Shown here one piece after another: positions 28,468 to 41,324 of a stretch of DNA of 64,000 bases. The stretch covers positions 13,144,001-13,208,000 of the forward strand of contig NC_043018.1 in the NCBI RefSeq assembly GCF_006345805.1, in the 5' to 3' direction. The notes beneath the pieces are model-generated. The model ran no database searches. It saw nothing but the letters and a program-made list of their open reading frames with translations, and was not told the origin of the DNA. The DNA comes from Octopus sinensis. Taxonomy: Eukaryota. Position numbers and translations under genes: made by a program. How positions within the stretch are numbered: position 1 is the first letter of the stretch; each line of letters starts with the position of its first letter.

Positions 28468-28521
28468 ATATATCCTCTCTCTCTCTATATATATATATAT
28501 ACATATGTGTGTGTATATATC

Positions 28522-28552
<31 letters not shown>

Positions 28553-28970
28553 CATATGTGTATATATCCTCTCTCTCTCTATATATATATATACATATAC
28601 ACACATTATCTATGGCCTAAACGAACGCACAAAAGCAACGGAGATGATCATCTTCAACGATTTACGGGCATAAATGTCATCGAATAGGAACATGAATGAC
28701 AAAATACATTTTAATATTGTATTTAAAAGACTGAGTGTCTAGGTCTCTGCCTCCTCGCCATAAATGTTGGCAAAGAATGTTTCAATACAAGTAAAAGACA
28801 CAGAAAGTGAAGTGTGTCTGTCTGTGTGAGAAGAAGAACTGTTTAAATAAATGGGAACAAATGCGAATAAACAAATGTAAATGTAAAATGGATTTGTATA
28901 TGGTGTGCGTATGTATATATATACACACAATATATGTATATATATATATATATTATATATATACACACAC

Positions 28971-29003
<33 letters not shown>

Positions 29004-29014
29004 TATACACACAC

Positions 29015-29061
<47 letters not shown>

Positions 29062-29186
29062 TATATATATGTATATATATTATATATATATATATATACA
29101 CACATATATATATGTATATATATTATATATATATATATGTATATATTATATATATATATTATATATATATATATATATACACACAC

Positions 29187-29218
<32 letters not shown>

Positions 29219-29260
29219 ATATATGTATATATATTATATATATATACACACAGGCTAATA
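28395..29260. repeat. Compound (TA)n/(CA)n/(CT)n microsatellite arrays
   Basis: Directly visible. They generate the YIYI-type spurious ORFs. Confidence 0.95.
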
Positions 29261-29687
29261 TAACATGTTTGGTTAATTACTTTCTTTGAATAGATGAGAG
29301 AAGGCCAACAATAATAAAATATAAGATTTTTAACAGAAATAACGTGTGTGCATACGTAGTATTATGGGTATGTATGTATATACATATATACACACACATA
29401 TATTATATATATATATATACACACACATACATACGCCAAGAAATGGTAAGTTTAGTACTAAAAGAACAAAACAACGGAAGTGGATCAAGAAAGAAAAGAT
29501 ATTGGAGTCGATGACATATATTTTGGAGATGGATATACTTTCTCTTCCCATTGATTCTACAACCATATATATATACATATACATACATATATATAAAGTA
29601 TATATATATGTATGTATATTGTTTAAACGGAACGAAGTTAATTGGAAAATCAATGATGAATAAGAGAGACAGACATAAAATACTATT

Positions 29688-31112
29688 GTGTGTGTGTGTG
29701 TGTGTGTGGTTGCATGTATGCTGGTTTTTTTTGTTGTTGTTGTTATTTTTTTTTTGTTTTTTTTCTACAGCGTACCTTGGCAGCGGCTGTACATCAAAAG
29801 TTCTAAGAGGGAGAATAAAACAGACAAATGTATCAACTAAGGCAGCCGCCAGACCTCCCTCTTCCCAAATTGAGCCAAGATGCTGACGATTGCATTTGGT
29901 ACTTTCGCGACGCTTTAAGCCGACACCATCGTTTACTCCCTCAGAAACTGTCGTTTGCAATGTGAGCCGTACGCATGCGCAGCTCGCACACACGCGCTCT
30001 AAAAGTGCCCGGATCTTTGTTCTCTCGGAGTCCGTGGATTGTTCTCCCTCCTTCTTCTTCTTCTTCCTCCTTCTTCCTCGTTCTTCTTCTTCTTCGTCTC
30101 TTTCTTTCTTTCCTAGTCTCGCTACGAAATGTCGGAGAAACGAGTTTACGTTGTTTCTTAAGAAAATATCCACCCAAACTAGACACAGATGGAGGTTTTC
30201 TTGTTCAACAAAAATCTACTCAATGTATTGTATGCCACTCCATTAACCAGCAGCGACAAGTTATTTGGTGATCTAGCCCATCCACCCGCGACCATCTATT
30301 TATTTACATGTTTTAAGAACACACACATACACACACACACGTATATGCACATACACTTAAGTATGTGTACATGCGTGTGTGTGTGCGCGCCTGCCTGTGT
30401 GTGTGTGTGTGTGGTTGCATGTATGCTGGTTTTTTTTGCTGTTGTTGTTATTTTTTTTTTGTTTTTTTTCTACAGCGTACCTTGGCAGCGGCTGTACATC
30501 AAAAGTTCTAAGAGGGAGAATAAAACAGACAAATGTATCAACTAAGGCAGCCGCCAGACCTCCCTCTTCCCAAATTGAGCCAAGATGCTGACGATTGCAT
30601 TTGGTACTTTCGCGACGCTTTAAGCCGACACCATCGTTTACTCCCTCAGAAACTGTCGTTTGCAATGTGAGCCGTACGCATGCGCAGCTCGCACACACGC
30701 GCTCTAAAAGTGCCCGGATCTTTGTTCTCTCGGAGTCCGTGGATTGTTCTCCCTCCTTCTTCTTCTTCTTCCTCCTTCTTCCTCGTTCTTCTTCTTCTTC
30801 GTCTCTTTCTTTCTTTCCTAGTCTCGCTACGAAATGTCGGAGAAACGAGTTTACGTTGTTTCTTAAGAAAATATCCACCCAAACTAGACACAGATGGAGG
30901 TTTTCTTGTTCAACAAAAATCTACTCAATATATTGTATGCCACTCCATTAACCAGCAGCGACAAGTTATTTGGTGATCTAGCCCATCCACCCGCGACCAT
31001 CTATTTATTTACATGTTTTAAGAACACACACACACACGTATATGCACATACACTTAAGTATGTGTACATGCGTGTGTGTGTGCGCGCCTGCCTGTGTGTG
31101 TGTGTGTGTGCG
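29688..31112. repeat. 705-bp tandem duplication, two nearly identical units
   Basis: Constant 705-bp offset (ggttgcatg at 29708/30413; ORF starts 30173/30878). The junction and both outer ends lie in (GT)n tracts. Only two substitutions and microsatellite length differences were seen. Confidence 0.95.
29772..30000 (-). promoter_or_regulatory. Putative promoter and first exon of an unidentified minus-strand gene (second copy about 30477-30705)
   Basis: CpG-rich, NRF1-like TGCGCATGCGT motif, splice-donor-like CAAG|GTACGC at about 29772 followed by low-complexity intron-like sequence. Product not recognised. Confidence 0.35.
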
Positions 31113-32459
31113 TGTGTTGGGCGAAACTAGCAGACTTTTTTTCCTGTTATTTCAATCCCTCATTTATTTTCGTCTTGCACTTTAGCCTTTGGTCAAATTA
31201 GGTTTGGCCGGGTTAAAGTATTATTATTCTATTCTAGAACTGGGTCGTCTCTGTAAAAAATTCGAAACATTTTACACAGACTATGGAATATCCATCTTCT
31301 GAGCGAGATGATTCTTGGCCGCCGAGAATTGTTACAGACTTGACAATTCAATCGAGCAAAGTGGATCAGCTCAGGTCAAAGTCAACAGATTGGGTGAGAG
31401 GTCAGGGCGGGTCTCTTTCGTTTCGCACGCTGGTGAGATGAACCTACGGTGACCCAGGAGTACAGGGACAATATTGCAGATATTGAAATCTAAACGTTTT
31501 GGTTGTTTTTGTTTTATCGCAGAATCTTTATAAACCCCTGCCACTAATTTTAATAAGACAAATGAAACAAAATTGTTTTAATGAGTGTTCATATAAGAAA
31601 ACTAATTTATTGCTTTGAACATCTTTTAACTTTTCTGTGTACTTTCAGGCATTAGACTGCGGCCATGCTGGGGCACCGCTTTGAAGAATTTTTAGTCGAA
31701 TGAATCGACCCCAGTATTTTTTTTTTCTTATAAGCCTGGTACTTATTCTATTAGTCTCTTTGGCGAACCTTTAAAAGTGACGGGGACGTAAACACACCAA
31801 CACCAGTTGTCAAGCGGTGCAGGGAAAAGGAGACACATACACACACAGCCTGGGAACCAAGCTTCTTACATCAAAGCAAACTAAGACCCCTGGACATTAC
31901 TGTCTCGAGTCCAAGGACTCTTCAGACCACAATACGCTCCCTGAAGGGAACGCCAGTCTGTCGTGGGGTTACTTATTTACAGCAGAGTGAAATGAAGTGC
32001 TTTGCTCGAGAACATACCACACCACCCGGTCCCTGAATCGAAACCCTAGACCACATCTCTTCCACACACGGACGATGCCAGTGTTTATTTTATAAACTTT
32101 TACTTAGAAAACACCTTCACTCATGCAATCCTGGAATCTTTTCACCAAACTCTGGAGTTCCTCAGAACCTCTGTGGAACTAAACCAGTGTTTCTTGTGGG
32201 AAGTGAAGACAGAACTTCCTGGAGGGAACTCCCGTCCAGTGAGGACTGAAAACAAAGGGTCCTAACCCTTTTGTTATTCTGTTTTCTTTTGAAATACACT
32301 GCTTTCGTTTTAATTAACCCTGAAAATAATGAAGAATTTAGTATCTGGAGCATAAATTAACCTGAAATTTTTTCTGCAAGGTTTAGTTCTAGATGACTTT
32401 CCAAAGGAAGTTTGTATTAAGGGTGGTCTCAGGCAGATTGGTATCAAATTAAGATGGTT

Positions 32460-32678
32460 TTGAACTTGTAGCATTCAGATCACTCTGTCAAATACAATAC
32501 TTATTTCTTCACATTGTTTTGAATTAATCACACTTTATCTTGTAGCTTTGAGATTTTAATGATGTGATTGTTTACTTTTAGAATGACATTCTAGGGTAAG
32601 GTATAAGAGGCTAGTTTGCCTATAAAGCAGGTAGAATATTTTGACCAGATATGGCTGGCTTAAACTCTAAAGAGTTAA
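32460..32678. mobile_element. piggyBac-type MITE, decayed
   Basis: Interior resembles 6480-6707; ends gagTTAA. Confidence 0.6.
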
Positions 32679-32855
32679 ACTTGTCCAACACTATGGTGAA
32701 GAAAGGAGAATTTATATAGTGTAAATAAATTTCACTGATATTTAGAGTGGGGGGGGGGCTGATCCTTGTCAATTTGGGAATTACCATGGGGTTAAACAAC
32801 TAAATGAATGTCAATACTAAAGCAATATTCAACTGATTAGAGATATAAAATTCAG

Positions 32856-33123
32856 CCAGTGCCACTGGACTGGCTCCTGTGCAGGTGGCACATAAACAAC
32901 ACCATTAGAGCATGGCCGTTGCCAGTACCTCCTGACTGGCTCTCATGCAGGTGACACATAAAAGCACCCACTACATTCTTGGAGTGGTTGGCGTTAGGAA
33001 GGGCATCCAGCTGTAGAAACTCTGCCAGATCAGATTGGAGCAGCCATCTGGTTCACCAGTCCTCAGTCAAACCGTCCAACCCATGCCAGCATGGAAAGCG
33101 GACATTAAACGATGATGATGATG
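32856..33123 (+). mobile_element. SINE-like family B, (GAT)n tail
   Basis: gttggcgttaggaagggcatccagctgtagaaac...ccaacccatgccagcatggaaagcggacattaaacgatgatgatga. Many copies in the window. Confidence 0.85.
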
Positions 33124-34228
33124 AATACAACAATATAACACCATTTCTATTTTAATGTCCACTTTTCCATGATTACATGAGTCAGACAAATTCTTTGAAG
33201 CAGATTTACTACAGATGGATGGTCTTCCTGTTGCCAATCTTCACCAGTTTTCACGGAAAGGTAATACTTCCCCCATGAGTGAACATTATTTCATGGAAGA
33301 TTGGAAACAAGTGACACTCCTTTATGTCAAGACAAAAGACAAATACACACACATATATATACATATAGGATGGATTTCTTTCAGTTTCCATCAACCAAAT
33401 CCACTCAGAAGGCTTTGGTCAAATTGGAACTATGGTAGAAGACACCTGCCCAATGTGCCATACAATGAGGCTGAACGTGAAGACATGTAGTTGCAAAGAG
33501 AACTTCAGAACTACACAGCATTTGTACCATATTTGCACTTGTAGTAGTTATGAATTCAAATTTTACCAAATTTTAATTCTAGCCCTTCATCACTCCACTG
33601 CCTATAAAATAAGTACTTATGATATGGAATGGAATATTCAAGTAAAATCTATTCTGCACTGGAAGGTCTAATAAGGCTGAAATACATCTAAAGTTGTCAC
33701 CCATACCTATTAACATAATTCGAACAATATTGGTCAATGTCAAATATTGTTTTTATGCCCACTGTATTATTTTTCTAATGGAAATCTGACTCTATGCTCC
33801 CATTAGAATTATTTTCTCCCAACCTTATATATATTAACATACCTTAACCAATGGTTTTCCAAACAGATGGAATCTAAGACTACATTGCACATTGGTTTAC
33901 TGATTCCTTTGAGGCAACTAATTTATCAAGATTTCTTTACTGGTAAAGTCAGAAAATAAACAAAACATGTTCAGAATTGGCTGATACTTTAATCTATTGT
34001 GTCCCTTTTTACAAATGTATAGGGTGCTTATTTGGCTATGAGCCTTAATATTTTGAGATCAACTTTGGCTTTCATCACTTTAGACATGGAGAACATAAAG
34101 ATTTCTTTCATTGTTACAAGGACAATTGGATGGAGAACGTTACAAGAATGACTTACAAAAACAGCCAGAGTATCATATGGAGTATAAAAGGAAGAAAATA
34201 AAAATAGAATGAAAACAATAAATAAATA

Positions 34229-34575
34229 GGTGCAGGCATGGCGATGTGGTCAGAAGTTTCCTTTCCAACTACATGGTTCTGGGTTCAGTCCTACGGCATG
34301 GCACCTTGGGGGAAGTGTCTTCTACTATAGCCCCAGGCCTTGTGAGTGAATTTGGTAGATGGAAACTGAAAGAAGCTTGTCGTATGTGGTTGTGTTTGTC
34401 ACTTAACTCTGTCTGACAACCAGGGTTGGTGTGTTTACATCCCCGTAACTAAGTATTTTGGCATAAAAGACCAATAGAATAAGAATCAGGCTCAGATAAA
34501 TAAGTTCTTTGGTTGATTCCATTCCAGGTGGTCCCCCAACATGGCTGCAGTCCAATGATTGAAACAATTAATAGA
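34229..34575 (+). mobile_element. tRNA-derived SINE family A
   Basis: Head with A/B-box-like motifs (ggttcagtcc) and body shared with 46082-46490 and 56043-56433. Confidence 0.85.
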
Positions 34576-35014
34576 AAATAAACGAGTTAAATTATATGGA
34601 CTGTATGCATATACAAGTGTGTCACAAAAGGGGGTAAGACCACCAAAAGTCACACAAAAACCCCTGCAAAAACCTGAACTGCCCTGCCTCAAATTCTTCC
34701 AATAACCCACAGGTGGTGAGTATTCAGAACAGTTCTATCCATCCAGGTGGCATTTTCCAATCTCACTCACTTTTCAACAAACTTACTAGAGGGCAGCACT
34801 TCCCTTTGCATCCTAACATTCTTCTTCAAAGTGATACATAAAACAATAATTGTGGGGGAAGGGCTTGGGCCCTAGATGAAGAGTTCTGTTCCAGGTTCTC
34901 CCAATATTGTCTACTCCACACTACTCCGAACATTTTAACCACTAGCCGGAAACTGCTTACTTTTTGCAGCCAAAGGTTGTTGGGTAGGGAGCTGGATGTA
35001 GCCTATACTTCTTT

Positions 35015-35390
35015 TACCTTTTGCTTCAGTCATTGAACTGCGGCTATGCTGGAGCACTGCACTGAAGGGATTTAGTCAAATGAATCAACCCCAGTACTTA
35101 TTTTTTAAAGCCTGGTACTTATTCTATTAGTCACTTTTGCTGAATTGCTAAGTTACAGAGGCATAAACAAAGCAACGCTGGTTGTCAAGTGGTGGTGATG
35201 GACAAACACACAGACACACACACACATACTGATGGCCTTCTTTCAGTTTCCATCTACGAAATCCACTCACAAAGCATTGGTTGGTCCAGAACTATAATAG
35301 AAGACATTTGCTCAAGGTGCTTCACAGTAAGTTTGAACCCAGAACTATGTGATAGAGAAGCAGACTTTTTACCACACAGCTACACTGTGC
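35015..35390 (-). mobile_element. tRNA-derived SINE family A
   Basis: Reverse-complement similarity to the family A copies at 46082 and 56043. Confidence 0.85.
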
Positions 35391-35810
35391 CTATATCTAA
35401 CAATATTTGTTTCATGTAACTTTGGAAGTCAGCAATGTTCGGACACTGAACAATGTATGGATAAGAGCATACAGAATGGTTTATAGGCCAGTTCATATCT
35501 TGGTACAGTTCTGATGACAATGCCATGTCAGTAGTGTGGTGCTTATTATCTCAGACTAGAAAGCCTTCGAACCAGAGGGTCTTCTATGTTGAGGTGAAAG
35601 TTTTCCAAATAAGATTACCCCATCGATATTTGTTATGCAAAGAATCCCCAGAAGATCATCAATTATGCTGGCTTTCGGTGCTTGACGAGGGTTCAGATAC
35701 TTACCCCAGCTAAAAAGTTGGGACACTGTAACTGTAACCTTCTCTACAAACATTTGAACTCGTGCCAATATGAGAAATTATTATCATTATTATTGTTAAA
35801 GCTGTTAATG

Positions 35811-35856
35811 CAGCAGCAGCAGTAGTGGTGGTGGTGGTGGTAGTAGTAGTAGTAGT

Positions 35857-35888
<32 letters not shown>

Positions 35889-35905
35889 CAGCAGCAGCAG
35901 CAGCA
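35811..35905. repeat. Compound trinucleotide repeat (GCA)n/(GTA)n/(GTG)n
   Basis: Directly visible. Confidence 0.95.
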
Positions 35906-36564
35906 GGAATGGCTTCTGCAGAAACAACAACTAGCCCTTCCCACCCCTGTTACCACCAACCCCCAGGAAGTTGGAAATATGAGGAGGTAAGCATTGACTG
36001 ACTGCATAATGCCAACTACACATTAGTAATAATGAGTTCTTCAATTTTACTATCAGGAGGGGGTAAGAGTGAATTAGGGACACTGTACTACTGTGGTGGA
36101 TGATGGTAAGGCAGTCAGAGAATTTAGAGGGAGAGAGGGGGGAAGATAATCATAACCAACTGTATAAAGTTAGTTGGTGGTTTAGCTGATTAGATGGCGG
36201 ATGACTCAGCCCCGTAGAACAACATTAGCCATTTAAGTAATGTGGCAGGATCCCTTGAAAACGATTTTAGTTTGGATAACTTTCCGTGAAAACTCATTCA
36301 GTGAGTGTTCTGGTATATCATTGCCATACCGTCAGCCCCTCAGTCAGACAACTTCAGTATCAATGTCTTGAAGAGCAGGTGAACACACACACACACACAC
36401 ACACACAGAGAAATACAGAGACAAACACACACACACACACAGAAATACAGAGACAAACACACACACACAGAAATACAGAGACAGAAGAAATAAGACAAAA
36501 AGATGAGCATATGTATTCACATATTCACACCCACATTATCTATGTGTTTGTGTGTATGTATATA

Positions 36565-36596
<32 letters not shown>

Positions 36597-36661
36597 CACA
36601 CACACACATATATATATGTATGTATATATATATATATCTATATATATAAATGGAGTTAAAC

Positions 36662-37290
36662 GCAGGTGCTATTCAAATTCTTTTACTTCCGACATATGTT
36701 TCAAAGACAACGTTGGTATTATTCCAGAAGGAATAAAATGTGTAAAATAATCCATTCTTCTCATCAAAGAAAGAAACCAAACATATCAAGAAGACATTTT
36801 AACAGAAATGTTTTTTATCGTGTTCTCAGACAATCCTCTTGTAAACACGTTTATAGAACGCAATTATCGTCACAAACATTGGCAGAAACATACCTTTAGT
36901 TCCTATAAGTGATTTCTACCATTCTATAAAATTCCACCTTTCACTGTCTTCTTACATTTCACTTCCACTAAATATATCTACTTCTTCAAGCTTTATTCTA
37001 ATTCACCTATCACTCTATATCTCTCCACTATTAGTTTTCTGCTAATTTCTTTCTTTCTCTTTCTCTTCCTATAAACTTCCTTTGACGTTATATCTACTAA
37101 CGGTTGATAGCATTCCCTTCATCCTTATACGCAGTCATCACATTCTGTTAAAATGTCTTGTTGATGTGTTTGGTTTCTTTCTTTCCCTGATGAGAAGATT
37201 GCATTGTTTTACACCATCTTATTCCTTCTGGAATAATACCAGTCTTGTCTTCGAAACATGTCAGAAGTAAAAGAATTTGAATAACATCTA
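36662..37290. repeat. Diverged inverted repeat, ~150-bp arms
   Basis: The reverse complement of 36662-36811 aligns with 37140-37290 (ttctgttaaaatgtctt, attccttctggaataatacca, gaagtaaaagaatttgaata). Confidence 0.85.
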
Positions 37291-40024
37291 TGCTGAAATC
37301 CATTTATTTATTTATCTATATCATACAAAACATTTCACCTAAACCTTCATAAGTAGGCTGCTACATCCTTGCTGCTTGTGTGAATTTTTGCTACACTGGT
37401 AACTGTTTACTCTTTACTGTGTTATTTGTAACTCAGAACATAGTAACAGACAAACTACCACTAAGCTTTTCATCCGTCAGGCTAATTAATGATTCTGCCA
37501 GCTAATGACAATAATACACTTTCTACCATGAACCATTTTTGAAAACTAAAACTGTCGTCTTAGTGACATCTGCATTTTAGTCCTTCTTGCACAACATGTT
37601 TGTACACATTTCGTCCTAAATGTAACAAATTTTGTCCTAAATGAAATAGCTTGCCAAATTCAACTCACGAAAGGATTCCAGAATCCTTTAATTTTTTTCA
37701 AAATCCATAATTATATTATCAGGTCCGTCATTCTGCAGTAATTCATTTATTTTGGCAAAAAGTCTCCTATATGTGTCTGGACTTTTGTCAGAGAGTAATA
37801 CGGACAATCGTGGGACATTAAAATTATCAATTTGAATGTGAAGTATATATAACTGGAAAAGTATACTAGAACAGCACTTAACCGTTCCATCTGCCGGCCA
37901 GTTCTTGTGCTGCTTTAACTGTCAAAGTGCTTCGTCACTCGCAGATATTAGGATTCGTTTTGAATCTTCCATCCTGCTGCCACACTTTAAAATATTTCAT
38001 CATTGTCAATGTAAGAATATTCACTTCACTTGGAATGGAAAACCCAGCATTTGTAAGTGGGGTAGCAGAATAGTTGGAATCAGCTCCTGAAAAATGTAAC
38101 ACATGGAGCTCTACAATGTGGGAGTTAAGGCCCCTATTGTGGTGGGAGTCTTAAAATCAACCAGAGAAGATTAATTGTTGGGAATCTTTTTTAACTTATA
38201 TCTATTGTTCAAATTTCTTTGAAATCGGAAATATATGAATGTTCACTGGGTTTGTGAAAGAGAGCAAAGCAACAGGAAACCAAAAGACAAATGATCACAA
38301 TAAGCAGTCAGCTATCCTGCCCTAGTCATTACCACTCCCCAATGTAAGATTTCTCATCATACAGGTGAGCAGCACAGCCATAAGATGCATTACAGATCTA
38401 TAGCAATTGGAAGGGCGTGACCCAACTCAAATAAACACTGACAACCGTGTGACGTGAGGACTAAGGGGAAATGAAAGTGTCACCTCTGGAGTTTGCCAAC
38501 GATCCCCATGCCGATAGGTAACTTGAACAGAATAAATTTGCAATCTATAAATCTCTTTGAATGACCAATCATTTGTCTGGAAAGGCCTTGAAATCAATGT
38601 TGCCATCTGGGGACTATCTCTGACCCAGTAATAATAAAAAGACTCAAAGGAGGTCTGCAACTAAATAACTTCACTGAAAATAACACTTTGCAACCGAATC
38701 AGTGGAGGCAAAGATGCTACTCTTTTACGTGACAATTTATGCACCACATTACAGAAATCACAATCTAAGTATATCTCAAAGCAAACTCTTACACTGTTTT
38801 ACCGTTGAATTACAAATAACGCTCATCTTGTATGCTCAGGTGACTCTACAAGCTTCCCAGACTACAACTGTAGTCGTCTTGGCTTAGGAAAAATGACTAG
38901 ATTGTAGGGGTTAAGCCCACATTAAAGGGTCTTACTAACTCCTAAGAAGTTGAAATTTTAGGAATATTACTTCATTTGTGTCTAATATCTATGGTTAAAA
39001 TTTCATCAACAGCAAAAATATATGAATTTCTATGGGAGTTATGGCCTCATTTATGCCCCCTCACTTTCAAACATATACTACATTAGATCGGCCCTTATGC
39101 ATAGAATATAATTTCCAAATTTCATAAAGATCTATTCAGTAATTTTGACCTAGTTTTGGATCATAAAAAATGACTAAAATTTGGAAGTTAAGAGCCCCAT
39201 TAGGGGGTCTTTGAATCCTCATGAAGAGCGGAAACTTTGGGAACACTTCTTGATGTCTGTCAATTACCTATGGTTGAAACATCATCAACATCGGAAACTT
39301 ATGAATTTTCATAGGGATTCTGCTCCCTTTAAGTCTTTAGCCTGCCTGAAACCACCTCTGACTCTGTAGCACAAATGTCTTGTTTTCAAAAGTTCTGAAT
39401 TAAAATCTACCACCAATCCCTCGTCACAATTTATGTTCCTAACACTAGCTTCCTAATAACTAAATTGTTTTATTAGACTCTTTGTTATATTTTAAATTAA
39501 TTGAAAGAAACACAAAGCATCTCAACAGAAATAGGGTATCAACAGGGTTGAGTCACCTCAAATTCAAACCAGGAAGAGATGGGAATGTAAATTAACCAAC
39601 ACCAGTTGTGAAGCAGTGATGAGTGAGAAACACAGACACACACATACACTTCCGTATATGCATATATATACGATTGATTTCTTTCAGTTTCTCTCACAAG
39701 GCTCTGGTTGGTCTGAAGTTATAGAAGACACATGCCAAGTTACCATACAGTGGGACTGCACCAAGGACCATGTGCTTTGGAACCAAGTTTCTTACCACAC
39801 AGCCACTCCTGCACCTATATATATATATATATATATATACATATGTATGTATGTATGTATATGCATGTGTATATGTGTGTATGTATATACATATGTATAA
39901 ATATATATGTATGCATGTATATATGTGTACATATTACATATACATTTCTATATACATATATATACATATGTACACATATATACACATCTATATGCATACA
40001 TATATACATATATGAACATACAAA

Positions 40025-40061
<37 letters not shown>

Positions 40062-40326
40062 GTGCAGATGTATACAAGAAAGAAATTAGCAGAAAACTAA
40101 TAGTGGAGAGATATAGAGTGATAGGTGAATTAGAATAAAGCTTGAAGAAGTAGATATATTTAGTGGAAGTGAAATGTAAGAAGACAGTGAAAGGTGGAAT
40201 TTTATAGAATGGTAGAAATCACTTATAGGAACTAAAGGTATGTTTCTGCCAATGTTTGCAATGATAAATGCATTCTCTAAACATGTTTAGAAAGGGATTC
40301 TTTGAGAACAGAATAAAAAACATTTC
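36812..40326. repeat. Inverted repeat pair 36812-37054 / 40077-40326
   Basis: 36873-37054 matches the reverse complement of 40077-40258 with no mismatch seen. The next ~68 bp outward match at only about 75-80%. Confidence 0.9.
37530..38060 (-). pseudogene. Mutator-like (MULE) transposase relic
   Basis: DSKRILISASDEAL*QLKQHKNWPADGTVKCCSSILFQLYILH...LLSDKSPDTYRRLFAKI...NIIMDFEK, then LFHLGQN...VYKHVVQEGLK. These are the MULE DGT, DFE and FH motifs, with stops and frameshifts. Confidence 0.9.
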
Positions 40327-41324
40327 ACAATTACAAAGTGTGCAGAAAGGTTTACCTTTGTCATACAGTATATATATACACACATCTATATTTGCATATT
40401 CATTACATATGTGCAGATGTGTACATATATATATATATAAACAAACATATATGTATGTTTTTACGTGAGGTATATATGTGAGATAATAGTTTCAGTATTA
40501 ATAGTCAAACTGTTAAACTGAAAGTGTGTCACATTACAATAGAGATGTTATTGTTTCACTTTTGATACGTGATAATGAAATAGTGTAACAGATAAGAGAC
40601 AGTTCTGGGCTCGCATTCGGCAAGAAGCTGAAAAATTTTTTTGGCCCCTGACACTGCATGGACCCCTACGTAAGTTATGTGTAAAATTTGAATAAAATCG
40701 GTTGTATATTTTTCGAGTTTTAGGGATTCACACAGACAGACAGACATATATTCTCATCAGCCAATAATCAAGATCCTGATTATTGCCCCTCCTTCCCCAT
40801 CTAAGTCATAAAAAAAAACATGCAACACTATGAGAGAGAGAGAGAGAGAGAGAAGACAGAAAGAGGGGAGGGGTACAGTAAAACCATTCAATGGCAACTT
40901 TTGAATCCCAACTGAACCATTTTCAATATTGTCACCACCAAGAGCCTATTCATCTATGGTCACTCAATCTGTTAGAAATAGCAGTCAAATTTCCTTCAAG
41001 TCACATATGACTCTCGTAAAAAAAAATAGGGGAAGACACATTGGATAATAAAATAATACACTATATCTGGAAAATAATGGATGGTCATAGTTGGAATGCC
41101 TTAAATCATAGGTCAGCTCAATCAGACTGAGTTGAACTGAACAACAGTGGAGAGGATGCAATATGTTCTGTCATACCTCACACATGCAACTGACCGTTTC
41201 ATGTCAGAGTGTGTGCAATGGTCCATAGCAAGATGACAATCTAATTTAACACTAAAACCTAAACTAGCCAAAGCTCAATGACTTTTTTCTAACATAGCTA
41301 TGTGGTAAGAAGTTTGGTAAGAAA

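Noticed and set aside
27511-29289. Numerous YIYI/HTHT-rich ORFs
   Set aside because: They are translations of (TA)n and (CA)n microsatellites.
29403-30173. Longest ORF in the track (256 aa; 173-aa twin at 30357-30878) as a complete gene
   Set aside because: The C-terminal half is microsatellite and the N-terminal part includes (GAA)n-derived E/K/R runs with no recognisable domain. At most it overlaps a first exon.
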